Shown here piece after piece: positions 46,115 to 54,973 of a stretch of DNA of 64,000 bases; the stretch's first letter is position 1, and each line of letters begins with the position of its first letter. A model generated the notes under the pieces. The model was not told the DNA's origin. It did no database searches and worked only from the letters and a program-made list of their open reading frames with translations. The translations under genes were made by a program, and so were the position numbers. This DNA is from an uncultured archaeon (GTDB lineage Archaea; Iainarchaeota; Iainarchaeia; Iainarchaeales; 1-14-0-10-31-34). The stretch spans positions 1 to 64,000 of the forward strand of contig CAZSOZ010000001.1 in the NCBI GenBank assembly GCA_964608675.1, in the 5' to 3' direction.

Positions 46115-46300
46115 TTACTACTGAACAGAAATAATTAAAAGTTTCAACCAGTCAGGCCAGCCATAAAATAAACAGGAATTGAAATTAAAATAAAAACCAT
46201 CAACATAGACAAAAAAACTGTTAAAAAAGATTTAATTCTTGTAAAACCATAAATTTCCTGAACAGCCAATACAAGAAGATAAAAAAAATAAATAAAAAAT
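46115..46300 (-). pseudogene. Remnant of a Yip1-like membrane protein C-terminus
   Basis: Reads YLLVLAVQEIYGFTRIKSFLTVFLSMLMVFILISIPVYF, then apparently shifts frame to WPDWLKLLIISVQ**; no intact 5' part. Confidence 0.35.
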
Positions 46301-46306
46301 AAAGAA

Positions 46307-46329
46307 CAGTCTTTTTTTAAAAAAGACTG
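46307..46329 (-). terminator. Inverted repeat, putative terminator
   Basis: CAGTCTTTTTT-T-AAAAAAGACTG, followed on the minus strand by a T-rich tract; 30 nt after the acidic microprotein stop. Confidence 0.5.
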
Positions 46330-46359
46330 AAAAAAAAATAAACAAAATTAGTAGGAGTC

Positions 46360-46467
46360 TTAAACTTCATCTGATGTTTCTTCTTCTGAGTCTTCTGAAT
46401 CCTCGTCAGATGAATCTTCTTCCCAGTCATCTTCTTCTTGGAATTTATACAAATCTAATTCAACCAT
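46360..46467 (-). CDS. Hyper-acidic microprotein (35 aa; not in ORF track)
   Basis: MVELDLYKFQEEDDWEEDSSDEDSEDSEEETSDEV*; SD AAGGAGG upstream; purine-rich GAA/GAT codons. Confidence 0.65.
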   Translation of the reverse strand: MVELDLYKFQEEDDWEEDSSDEDSEDSEEETSDEV

Positions 46468-46515
46468 TTTCACGGCCTCCTTAAAATAATAAATTAACAG
46501 TAAAACGTAATCTAT

Positions 46516-47565
46516 TTATTTGTTTTCGGTTGCTTTTTTTTCTGGTTTTTTTTCTTTTTTCAGGTTTTTTAAGTTTCTGATGTAATAACCTAAAGGGCTT
46601 TTGATTCCTTCACAGGATTTGTTTCTCAAACACAAAGCATGGTCAACTACTTTACTGCAGGAAGGAGAAGAATACCTTGGCTTTTCTTTTTCTCCTTTAA
46701 TGTTTTTATAATGATACAAAACAAGCTTTTCTTTGAAATTGGGAGCGCGAGAAAAAAGTTTTACGAAATCTTCTCTGGAAATTCTTGCATTAATCAAAAA
46801 GCAGGCTAAATCAAAGTTTGCTATATGCTGTAATTGTGTTCCTGAAGAAAGTTTTTCGTAAAGGGAAGCCATGCAGGGAGGAAACAAGTCAATCCTTAAG
46901 TTTCCTGAAAACTTGAATTCAGGCAAAGTTTTTCTGATAAAAAACAATTCTTTTTTCAGTTGTTTAGCGTTTTCTTTGAATTTTTTTGGAATATGCTTTG
47001 TTTCAACAGGCAGAGACAAAAAAATTTTATTGTAAACTAAAGCCGATACAAATCTGATTGCATCATTTTTGGTTAAAAAAACTTTTCCTTTGAAAACATT
47101 ATGGTTAACAAGCTTTAAATTATTAAAATAAGGAAGAGAAAGAAAACTCATTAAATCAACTGAAACCAGAAAATCTTTTTGTTCAGGTATAGAAAAATTT
47201 ATTTGAAAATCATCAAGCAATTCAAATAATTTTTCATGGTCTTTTTCTTTTTCCAAAAACTTAAATGCATTAAAAGAAAACATTGCAGAAAACTTTCTGT
47301 TTAATTCAATTAAACGAATTTCAGACAACAAAATTTTTGCTACAGGAAAAGCATAAATTTCATTCAGCATTAAATCAGAAGAAAAAGAAATGCCATTCAA
47401 AAAATAAGGTTTTTTTCTGAATGCATTCAAAATCATTACTTTTGCTCGGTGCATTATTTCTTCTGAAACATCATCAAGCAAAAATTTTTCGTCTTTAATT
47501 ATTTTCTTTGCTTTATTTGAAAAAGGAAATTTTTGCGCAAAAACTAATTCGGTTTTGGCAGGCAT
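46516..47565 (-). CDS. priL: DNA primase large subunit
   Basis: KFPF, KLVN..V..G.V.L, FPPCM, P.F....YHY..I.G, Y..PSC...LC...C....PL.YY Fe-S domain. Confidence 0.9.
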   Translation of the reverse strand: MPAKTELVFAQKFPFSNKAKKIIKDEKFLLDDVSEEIMHRAKVMILNAFRKKPYFLNGISFSSDLMLNEIYAFPVAKILLSEIRLIELNRKFSAMFSFNAFKFLEKEKDHEKLFELLDDFQINFSIPEQKDFLVSVDLMSFLSLPYFNNLKLVNHNVFKGKVFLTKNDAIRFVSALVYNKIFLSLPVETKHIPKKFKENAKQLKKELFFIRKTLPEFKFSGNLRIDLFPPCMASLYEKLSSGTQLQHIANFDLACFLINARISREDFVKLFSRAPNFKEKLVLYHYKNIKGEKEKPRYSSPSCSKVVDHALCLRNKSCEGIKSPLGYYIRNLKNLKKEKKPEKKATENK

Positions 47566-47621
47566 ACAATACTTTGAAAAATAAAAGAAATAAAAATAGA
47601 AGGCAAACAAAACGCAGGCAA

Positions 47622-48347
47622 TTATAAAATCATGTGGGCTAAATGGAATTCAATCCTGCTTCCTCCGATTGAATAAGAAACTTTCATAGGTGCATCGCCT
47701 TTTAATTCCAATTTGATTTTTGAATCAGAGTCTGCTTCTTTTACGATGTTGGCCAGAAAATTCAAGGAGTATTTGCTTACTACCTCTGAATTAGTTTTAA
47801 CTATAACTTTTTTTGCTTCTTTTGCAACAGTTTTTAAGGTTCCGGAAGAACCTCTGGCTTCAATCATAAACTGATTAGATTTGGCTCTCAATATAACTGA
47901 ACTGCCAAATAATGAAGCATCTTTTAATGCTTCTTTGAACATTTTTGCATTAATTTCAATTACTGCATCAAATTTTGTTGAGGGAACATTGATTTCCTGC
48001 TCAGAAACATCAATTAAAGGAAGCTTAAAGTTTCTGGAAAGCTCTCCTGAAAAATGAATTGACATTTCGTTTTCAGTTAAATCCAAAACCATTTTGTCAT
48101 TAGGAAGAATCCTTGACATGATTTTATTTAATTCAACTAAATCCACTCCAATATAAGTGGGTTCAATTAAAAACTTGTCAAAAGAACTTTTTGCAATAGA
48201 ATAATCCACTAAAACTATTTGGGATGGATCGATTGCCTTAAAGCTTATTCCTGAATCATTAAAACGAAAATTTCCCTCTGAAATAAAAGTTGAAATAGCA
48301 TTAATCGCTTTAGCCCAGGATTCTGTTTTTTTTAATTCAATTGCCAT
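47622..48347 (-). CDS. pcn: PCNA sliding clamp, paralog 1 (divergent C-terminus HLAHMIL)
   Basis: GISFKAIDPSQIVLVD, IGVDL..L.KI, F.LPLID, SKYSLNFL, P.K.SY. Start moved to ATG 48347. Confidence 0.88.
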   Translation of the reverse strand: MAIELKKTESWAKAINAISTFISEGNFRFNDSGISFKAIDPSQIVLVDYSIAKSSFDKFLIEPTYIGVDLVELNKIMSRILPNDKMVLDLTENEMSIHFSGELSRNFKLPLIDVSEQEINVPSTKFDAVIEINAKMFKEALKDASLFGSSVILRAKSNQFMIEARGSSGTLKTVAKEAKKVIVKTNSEVVSKYSLNFLANIVKEADSDSKIKLELKGDAPMKVSYSIGGSRIEFHLAHMIL

Positions 48348-48423
48348 TAAATCCCCCCGTAGACTGCAAAAAAGTCCTTCCAAGCATATTATACTTCATT
48401 AATCCTTTTAAATTATTCTAAAT

Positions 48424-48804
48424 TTATAATGGTTTCTTTTTTTTCGGTATTCTTTTGGGTTTCTTTGGCTTAACCTGTTTTCGTTTAAATAAAGAGTTTT
48501 TTCTTAAATTTTGCATTATTTCCTGCATTCTTAAAAGATTTTCTTTCCACCTGAACATGTTTTGTTTCATTTTAGCCATGTTCTTTTTTGTTTTTCCTTC
48601 AAACAAATTTGTTTTTATTTCAGGAAACAATCTTATTTCCTTTTCAAGTTTTATTGAAGAATTAATCAAATCAATAACCGCTTTTTCGAAATAAGTTTTA
48701 TTTTTGTTTGCATTTCTAAGAATATTTATTTCAGCCAAAATAAGTTTCCGGTATTCTTTCAATATTTCGTTATATTGTTCATTCAAACTTTTCTTTTTAT
48801 TCAT
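48424..48804 (-). CDS. Hypothetical basic protein
   Basis: 126 aa; C-terminal KPKKPKRIPKKKKPL. Confidence 0.5.
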   Translation of the reverse strand: MNKKKSLNEQYNEILKEYRKLILAEINILRNANKNKTYFEKAVIDLINSSIKLEKEIRLFPEIKTNLFEGKTKKNMAKMKQNMFRWKENLLRMQEIMQNLRKNSLFKRKQVKPKKPKRIPKKKKPL

Positions 48805-48870
48805 ACAAAAAAAAATGTTTTGTTTTTTTATAAACTTTACTGTTAATATTTTTTGAATGAGGAAAAAAAA

Positions 48871-49479
48871 ATGATTAAAGCAGTATTGTTTGATGTCGAC
48901 GGAGTTTTAGTTGATTCTCTGACAGCAAACAGAAAATTCGTTAATGATTTGCTAAAAGAACAAGGAAAAAAAGAATTAAATGAAAAAGAATTTTTTGCGA
49001 TAAGGTTTATGACCATAAAACAAGTAATTGAAACATTCTGCCCTGAACTAAAAGAAAAAGAAATAAACAGAATAAGAAAAAAATGGTCATATGAATACAA
49101 AAATTATTTGAAGCTGACAGTATTGAATAACGGAGCAAAAGAAATACTCAAAGAATTAAAAGAAAAAGTAAAATTAGGAATTATAACAAACAGAAGTAAA
49201 ACAAGCGTTTTAATGCACCATAAAATAATTAATTTTTTTGATTCAATAATTACTTCAAGCGACGTCAAAAACCCAAAGCCTTCCCCTGAAGGCATTCTCA
49301 AAGCCTTAAAAGAATTAAAAATAAAACCTGAAGAAGCAATTTTTATAGGGGATGCAGAAACAGACATTAAAGCAGGAAATTCTGCAGGAGTAAAAACACT
49401 TTCATATAAAATCAAATTGGATGACAAAACAAAAAAAATCAACAGCTTTAAAGAAATAAAAAAATTTTTTGGTGATTAA
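48871..49479 (+). CDS. HAD-superfamily phosphatase
   Basis: FDVDGVLVDS, ITN, KPSPE, IGDAETD. Confidence 0.9.
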   Translation: MIKAVLFDVDGVLVDSLTANRKFVNDLLKEQGKKELNEKEFFAIRFMTIKQVIETFCPELKEKEINRIRKKWSYEYKNYLKLTVLNNGAKEILKELKEKVKLGIITNRSKTSVLMHHKIINFFDSIITSSDVKNPKPSPEGILKALKELKIKPEEAIFIGDAETDIKAGNSAGVKTLSYKIKLDDKTKKINSFKEIKKFFGD

Positions 49480-50019
49480 ATGGAAGAAAAAAATTTTGTT
49501 AAATTATTGAGTCCAAGAATTTCGACTCTGATTATGTCAAAGGATTCAGAAAGCAAAATTAATGCAGCGCCATATTCTTTTGTTTTTCCTTTAAGTTTTG
49601 AACCGCCTTTAATCGGAGTCGGAGTAGGAAACAAAAAAATGACTTACAAAAACATAATACAAACAAAAGAGTTTACAGTGAATATTATTTCAGAAGAGTT
49701 TGCACAGCAGGCAGTGAATTGTGAAGAAAAAATTGAATTTGACAAAAGACTGAAAAAAAATGAACTGGAAACAGAAAAAGCAGAAAAAGTTCGGGTTCCA
49801 AGACTAAAAAAAGCTAAAGCAGTTTTAGAATGCCAATTAAATGAAACCATTGAATTAAAGACAGCCGACCATGGAATTATAGTGGGAAAAGTCATTGCCG
49901 TCAAATGCATTGAAAAAGAAGGCAAAGCTGATTTAGATGCAATGAACTATTTAATGCATGAGTCAGCAGGCATTTTCAGGAAACTAGGAGAAAAAATTTT
50001 ATTAGAAAGAAAAAAATAA
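49480..50019 (+). CDS. Flavin reductase-like FMN-binding protein
   Basis: INAAPYS...LSFEPP, TYKNI..TKEFTVN, LEC, DH.IIVG.V. Confidence 0.88.
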   Translation: MEEKNFVKLLSPRISTLIMSKDSESKINAAPYSFVFPLSFEPPLIGVGVGNKKMTYKNIIQTKEFTVNIISEEFAQQAVNCEEKIEFDKRLKKNELETEKAEKVRVPRLKKAKAVLECQLNETIELKTADHGIIVGKVIAVKCIEKEGKADLDAMNYLMHESAGIFRKLGEKILLERKK

Positions 50020-50071
50020 ACAAGAATTCAAATAAAATAATAGAAATAAAAAAAGAAAAAAAATGTTTTTC

Positions 50072-50254
50072 TTAATAAATTTGGTTTTCTGAATAACGAA
50101 AAGTTATTGCAAAAAAAATTACTGCAATCAGCAAAGCAGTCAAAAAAGCTTCAAGAAAATTAATTGAATTCCGTAAAAAAAACTGAACCAAAGAATTAGA
50201 AAAAAAAGCAATTAATCCTGCAATCAGACCTGCAATAACATTAGATAAATTCAT
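50072..50254 (-). CDS. Small two-TM membrane protein
   Basis: 60 aa, hydrophobic; ATGA overlap with the upstream ORF. Confidence 0.55.
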   Translation of the reverse strand: MNLSNVIAGLIAGLIAFFSNSLVQFFLRNSINFLEAFLTALLIAVIFFAITFRYSENQIY

Positions 50255-50445
50255 TCAGGAACATCTTTTTTCGGTTTATTCAATACTACTAAAGAAAAAA
50301 ACCACCCGCCAACAAAAACTATTGTCATCTGCATGAATTGACTTGAATTATAATAAAAAGCAATAAACACTAAAAACCAAATTAAAGTTAATGCAGCAGT
50401 TCTCTTTTCATAGTTTGAGCGAACAAAAGGAATCCTTAAATTCAT
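50251..50445 (-). CDS. Small two-TM membrane protein
   Basis: About 64 aa, two hydrophobic helices. Confidence 0.55.
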   Translation of the reverse strand: MNLRIPFVRSNYEKRTAALTLIWFLVFIAFYYNSSQFMQMTIVFVGGWFFSLVVLNKPKKDVPE

Positions 50446-50481
50446 GCTAAAATAAAGGAACAAACTGATTAATAAATTTAT

Positions 50482-51471
50482 TCAAGCTCCTTTTGGAAGA
50501 ACCATAACCAAAAAAAACAAGTATAATAAAATCAGAGCAATTCCTTCTGATTTTTTTATCTGCAAATCACTCCAAGCAAACAATAAAAAAATTGCAGTCA
50601 AAATCAAAAGAAAGGGGCCGAGCAAAAAAATAGTGTACTCTGAAACAATTAAAGGACTAACCAAAGAAGAAAATCCTCCTACAAAAAGAATATTTAAAAT
50701 ATTGCTTCCAACAATGTTTCCTATTAACATGTTATGAAAGCCTTTGTTTAAGGAAATTATTGAAACCACTAATTCAGGAAGAGAAGTTCCTAAAGCAATC
50801 AAAGTTAATCCCACAAAAGTTTCAGTTAAACCAAAAAAGCCTGCAATATTCAACGCAGAATCCAAAACAAAATTTGCTCCAAAATACAATCCTGCAATAG
50901 AAATCAAAAAAACAAGAGTTTCTCCAATTAAAATTTTCTTAAAGTTTTCTTTTACTAAATGAAGAAAATGCCTGAAATTAGATAAATGCTCTGTATATAA
51001 TTTTACTTTAAATAATTCCTTGAACTGCATTCTAAACCTGAACATAAAAAAAATGTAAGCCAAAAACAAAAAAATCAGCAGAAGGGAATCAGAAAAAGAA
51101 ATAATAAAGTCAGACAAAAGAATATAAAAAAGAATTGTTGTTCCCATCAAAACATAGCATTCTCTTTCAAACAATCTTTTTTCTATTTTAAGAGTATGAA
51201 AAATTGCAGAAATCCCCAAAACCAAAGCAAGGTTGGAAATATTGCTTCCAATAATGTTTCCAATAACAATTCCCGGATTATTGTTCCAGGAAGCAACTAA
51301 GCCTGAAGCAAACTCCGGCAGAGAAGTTCCCACAGAAACAATAGTTAACCCAATAACTAATTCTGATACCCCAAAAATTTTAGCTAAACGGGAAGCAGAA
51401 ACAACAAACAAATCGCTGGATTTCACTAACAAAAAAACTCCTAAAATAAACAAAGCAAAAAATTCAATCAT
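50482..51471 (-). CDS. Ca2+/Na+ antiporter (CaCA/YrbG family)
   Basis: Two alpha repeats, GTSLPE and GNI(I/V)GSNI.N. Confidence 0.93.
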   Translation of the reverse strand: MIEFFALFILGVFLLVKSSDLFVVSASRLAKIFGVSELVIGLTIVSVGTSLPEFASGLVASWNNNPGIVIGNIIGSNISNLALVLGISAIFHTLKIEKRLFERECYVLMGTTILFYILLSDFIISFSDSLLLIFLFLAYIFFMFRFRMQFKELFKVKLYTEHLSNFRHFLHLVKENFKKILIGETLVFLISIAGLYFGANFVLDSALNIAGFFGLTETFVGLTLIALGTSLPELVVSIISLNKGFHNMLIGNIVGSNILNILFVGGFSSLVSPLIVSEYTIFLLGPFLLILTAIFLLFAWSDLQIKKSEGIALILLYLFFLVMVLPKGA

Positions 51472-51514
51472 GCTTTAATAAAAACAGCAAAGAAATATAA
51501 AAGCATTAAGTTAA

Positions 51515-52261
51515 TTAACTTGATTCAATTCTTGGAGCCAAAAAATATTCTAAAACTGCTTTGCCTATTCCATAAGTTATTTTAACAGGAGCATTGCTCT
51601 TCAAAGACAATTCAACTTCAGTGTCAGCTGAAGCAGACTTCATCATATCCTGCAGGTAATCTAAAGGAAACATTGCAAAGCATTCTTTTTTTGCATTTAA
51701 TTCCTTTAAGTTTTTGTCGTCTTTGGTTATTTCATTAACTGATTCTCCTTTAGATGAACTTGATTTAATAAAAAAGTTTTTTGAAGTAACCCCTAAAGTG
51801 ACATGAGTTGAAACCAAAGAAGAATCCTTTAATCCGTCCTGAATTAAATTTGCTTTTGCTTTAATTACTGCATCAAATTCAACTTTTGGAGTAGGCAGGT
51901 CAGCAGAAGAAACATCAATTAAAGGAACAGAAAAATTTCTGATTGAACCAGCCTGAAACTGAATTTTAAGTCTTGATTCTTTTTCATTTAATTCCAATAA
52001 AAGTTTTTCTCCTGACTTGCTTCTGTTCATTACCTGGCTTAAATAATCCAAATCAATTCCAATTTTGGTTTCTGATTCAATTTCATATTCAGAAAAAGCT
52101 TCCTTTGGCATTTTAAAATCAATCATTGAAATCTGGCTTGGATCAGTTGCCTTTAATTTTAATCCGTCTTTTGAAATAATTAATTCTGCTTCATCAATTA
52201 AAACAGAAATAGCATCAACTGCTTTCTTGAATTCTACTGCATTATCTAAAACTAACTTCAT
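51515..52261 (-). CDS. pcn: PCNA sliding clamp, paralog 2 (canonical YFLAPRIE end)
   Basis: GLKLKATDPSQISMIDF, IGIDL, FSVPLID, YFLAPR; SD AGGTGA. Confidence 0.93.
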   Translation of the reverse strand: MKLVLDNAVEFKKAVDAISVLIDEAELIISKDGLKLKATDPSQISMIDFKMPKEAFSEYEIESETKIGIDLDYLSQVMNRSKSGEKLLLELNEKESRLKIQFQAGSIRNFSVPLIDVSSADLPTPKVEFDAVIKAKANLIQDGLKDSSLVSTHVTLGVTSKNFFIKSSSSKGESVNEITKDDKNLKELNAKKECFAMFPLDYLQDMMKSASADTEVELSLKSNAPVKITYGIGKAVLEYFLAPRIESS

Positions 52262-52336
52262 TTATTCACCTTTCATTTTTTTTTCTTTTAAAAAACTAAG
52301 AAGAGAATATAATTTAAATATTATGAGCAGTAAAAG

Positions 52337-53155
52337 CTAACACAAACCATAAAAATCAGAAGGAAGGCTGCCGGTTAAAATAAGAGAAGGAAGATTATCA
52401 AAAACCCAGATTTTAAGGCATCCTACTGCAGGAATTCTTAAAATTTGTTTTCCTATCACTTGGTTTTCAGGAACAGGTTTCTTTGTAATGCAGGCAACAT
52501 AAATTGTCTGGCCTGAAGGAAGATTCAAAGGAACACACTGCTGGTCAATTGAAGGATTAGCGTCTCCTTTAGTTAAAAGAAATACTCCGTCAACAGCAAT
52601 AATTCTTGCTATTGCACGATGAATTATTTCTTTATTTGAATACTCAGAATAATAAACAATAATGTCTCCTTCTTCAGCCACAGGAATTATTTGATTGTTT
52701 ATTTCCAGTTGTTCTGCTTTATTTATTTCAACTACAATTTGGCTGGTTAAAGGATCAATATATTTTTCCACTGGCTCAGGAAAAGTTTCTCCATACTCTA
52801 AATACATTTTTCCTTGAAGGCTTTTGTCGTAATTTACTTCAACTGCATTAATTTTTTCTGCACCATACAAAACAATTATGTCTCCTCGAAAAATTTCAGG
52901 AACCATTGAAGCACTGGAAACAATCACCATAGGAGAACTAGTGTTTAATAAAAAACCTAAAATTGAATACAAAAGAAAAGCAAAAATTAAAGCAGAAAAA
53001 ATGTAAACAATTGAATCAATTGCTTCATCAGCAAAACTTGAATTAGGTTTTTTTGGATGAACTTTGTTTAAAACAATATCAACATAAGTGAAAGGGTCAA
53101 TCCATTTCAAAAAAGAAAGTTTTTTTTTAAAAGAATTATATTTTTCTTTTATCAT
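52337..53155 (-). CDS. Signal peptidase I (Sec11-type S26)
   Basis: TM segment, then SSASMVP...GD, IIHR, TKGDAN..D, G......IP..G. Confidence 0.85.
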   Translation of the reverse strand: MIKEKYNSFKKKLSFLKWIDPFTYVDIVLNKVHPKKPNSSFADEAIDSIVYIFSALIFAFLLYSILGFLLNTSSPMVIVSSASMVPEIFRGDIIVLYGAEKINAVEVNYDKSLQGKMYLEYGETFPEPVEKYIDPLTSQIVVEINKAEQLEINNQIIPVAEEGDIIVYYSEYSNKEIIHRAIARIIAVDGVFLLTKGDANPSIDQQCVPLNLPSGQTIYVACITKKPVPENQVIGKQILRIPAVGCLKIWVFDNLPSLILTGSLPSDFYGLC

Positions 53156-53165
53156 TTAAACCAAA

Positions 53166-53441
53166 TCATTTAAGGGTTTTTTTTACTGCTTTAGTGAATT
53201 CATCTAAATCCAAGTCAATTGATTTTAATGCATCCAATAAAACTTTTCTTGGGTTCTTTGATTTGGTTCTTAAAACAAAAACTGAATCCTGATCCATAGG
53301 ATGATTTAATTTGTATGCAACAAATTCTGCTTCTTTTTCTTCCAACAACTTTGATTTCAGTAAATTAGGAAGAGTGTGCCTTTCTCCTTTAATTATGAAT
53401 TCAAACAAATTCTTTTCTTCTTTTAATACTTCTATCTCCAT
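53166..53441 (-). CDS. rpoL: RNA polymerase subunit Rpo11 (L)
   Basis: GERHTL.NLL, AY...HP; downstream of csl4. Confidence 0.93.
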   Translation of the reverse strand: MEIEVLKEEKNLFEFIIKGERHTLPNLLKSKLLEEKEAEFVAYKLNHPMDQDSVFVLRTKSKNPRKVLLDALKSIDLDLDEFTKAVKKTLK

Positions 53442-53450
53442 TCAAGCACC

Positions 53451-54005
53451 TCATTTAAATTCTCTTGAAAGCTTTCTTCTTTCAACTGAACCACATTTAG
53501 GGCATTTTAAAGTTCTTTCATATAATTCAAGAGGATTTCTGCATTTAGAGCAAAAAGCCTTTATAACACCTAATTCAGGATACTGTGTTGTTACATCAAT
53601 TCCAAATTTATTTAATTTAATTACTTTGGCTTTAACTATGTCTCCTATTTTGAACATGTCTCTTAAAAATTTAATGTGCTCTCTTGCAACATTTGCAATC
53701 ATTAACTGAGCATTAGAAAAAGCCGCAATCTGCTCTTTTCCGTTTTTTTCAATTGCAAGAATATTCAAGACAACAACAGGGTCTTTAATTAAAAAAACCT
53801 GTGCAGTTATAATGCTTCCTAATTCAATTTTGTTCATTGAAATAAGAGAGTTAACTGAAACCACTCTTTCTTTTTCATCTAATTCCTTTAATCCCACAAC
53901 AGCAGAATAAATGTTTCCTTCATTGTCCTCGAAAGTATTTTTTCCAGACATGAATTCTTCTTCAACGCTTAAAAAATCTCCTGGCACAACAGTTTCTTTG
54001 CTCAA
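53451..54005 (-). CDS. csl4: Exosome subunit Csl4
   Basis: VVPGD.L...EEF..G, GDIVKAKV, LGVIKA.CS.C....C..CG..E.RK; TTG start. Confidence 0.93.
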   Translation of the reverse strand: MSKETVVPGDFLSVEEEFMSGKNTFEDNEGNIYSAVVGLKELDEKERVVSVNSLISMNKIELGSIITAQVFLIKDPVVVLNILAIEKNGKEQIAAFSNAQLMIANVAREHIKFLRDMFKIGDIVKAKVIKLNKFGIDVTTQYPELGVIKAFCSKCRNPLELYERTLKCPKCGSVERRKLSREFK

Positions 54006-54090
54006 TCAAATCACTTCAAAAAATAAAAAAAGAGTTATATTAATAAAGAAAGAAAACCTATTTAAAACAGTAAGAAAAGAGGCTTTATTT

Positions 54091-54969
54091 ATGGTTTTAG
54101 AGTCAATTGTAAGCGGAACTGAAGCAAGAAAACATCCTTTAGTTATGATGTTTCTGGCAGCAATTCTTGCAAGCATTGGAATATGGGCAAGCTATATTCT
54201 TTTTCCTTCAAGTGCAAGCATTTTAAGCATAGGGTTTATTACAATAGGAATTGTTCCAATTTTGTATACTGTTTTTATTTTAGAGGAAGCAGAAGAAGCA
54301 GCAGAAGAAAAAAACTGTATTTCATTTATTTCACGGCATTTTGATGTAATAAAAATTTATTCATGGTTTTTTATTGGATTAGTTTTAACTTACAGTTTGT
54401 GGTATGTTGCTCTTCCAATAGAAGAAAGAAACACTGTATTCAAAGAACAAAACAAAGTAATAAACGATATTAGCAACTTAAGAGAAAATTTAACTGGAAA
54501 TTTTGCCGGACCAAATATTGTCTGCGGACAAAAAATTGAATGCTGGTTCAACGTAATCTTTCAAAACAACCTTCAAGTACTGTTTTGGGCAGTTGTTTTA
54601 TCCTTGGTTTACGGAGTAGGAGCAATGTTTTTAATTGCATGGAATGCTTCAGTAATAGGCGCATTAATCGGCCAAACAACTTTAGAGTTAGTGGGAAACT
54701 ATATTTCTTTATGGCCGTTTGAATACATTATAGCTTATTTTCATGCATTAATTAAATCCTTTGGATTAATTCCTCACGGCTTATTCGAAGTAATAGGATA
54801 CTTTATTGGAGCAATAGCAGGAGCATTAATTTCAATTGTTGTAACCAAAGGCCATTACAGAAAACACGAAATACAGCAGTTGGTAAAAGATTCAATTGCA
54901 TTGGTTTTTCTTGCAGTAATACTGCTTTTTATTGGAGCAGTAATTGAAGCATTACTGATTGCAGGATAA
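54091..54969 (+). CDS. Stage II sporulation protein M (DUF95) family membrane protein
   Basis: IF.NN..V, WNASV.G, IPHG..E..GY, GA.IE. Start moved to ATG 54091. Confidence 0.8.
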   Translation: MVLESIVSGTEARKHPLVMMFLAAILASIGIWASYILFPSSASILSIGFITIGIVPILYTVFILEEAEEAAEEKNCISFISRHFDVIKIYSWFFIGLVLTYSLWYVALPIEERNTVFKEQNKVINDISNLRENLTGNFAGPNIVCGQKIECWFNVIFQNNLQVLFWAVVLSLVYGVGAMFLIAWNASVIGALIGQTTLELVGNYISLWPFEYIIAYFHALIKSFGLIPHGLFEVIGYFIGAIAGALISIVVTKGHYRKHEIQQLVKDSIALVFLAVILLFIGAVIEALLIAG

Positions 54970-54973
54970 AAAA

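Noticed and set aside
53911-54090. N-terminal extension of the SpoIIM-family ORF given in the track
   Set aside because: It overlaps csl4 on the opposite strand and the divergent promoter region; ATG 54091 follows a TATA-like TATTTAAA at the expected distance.
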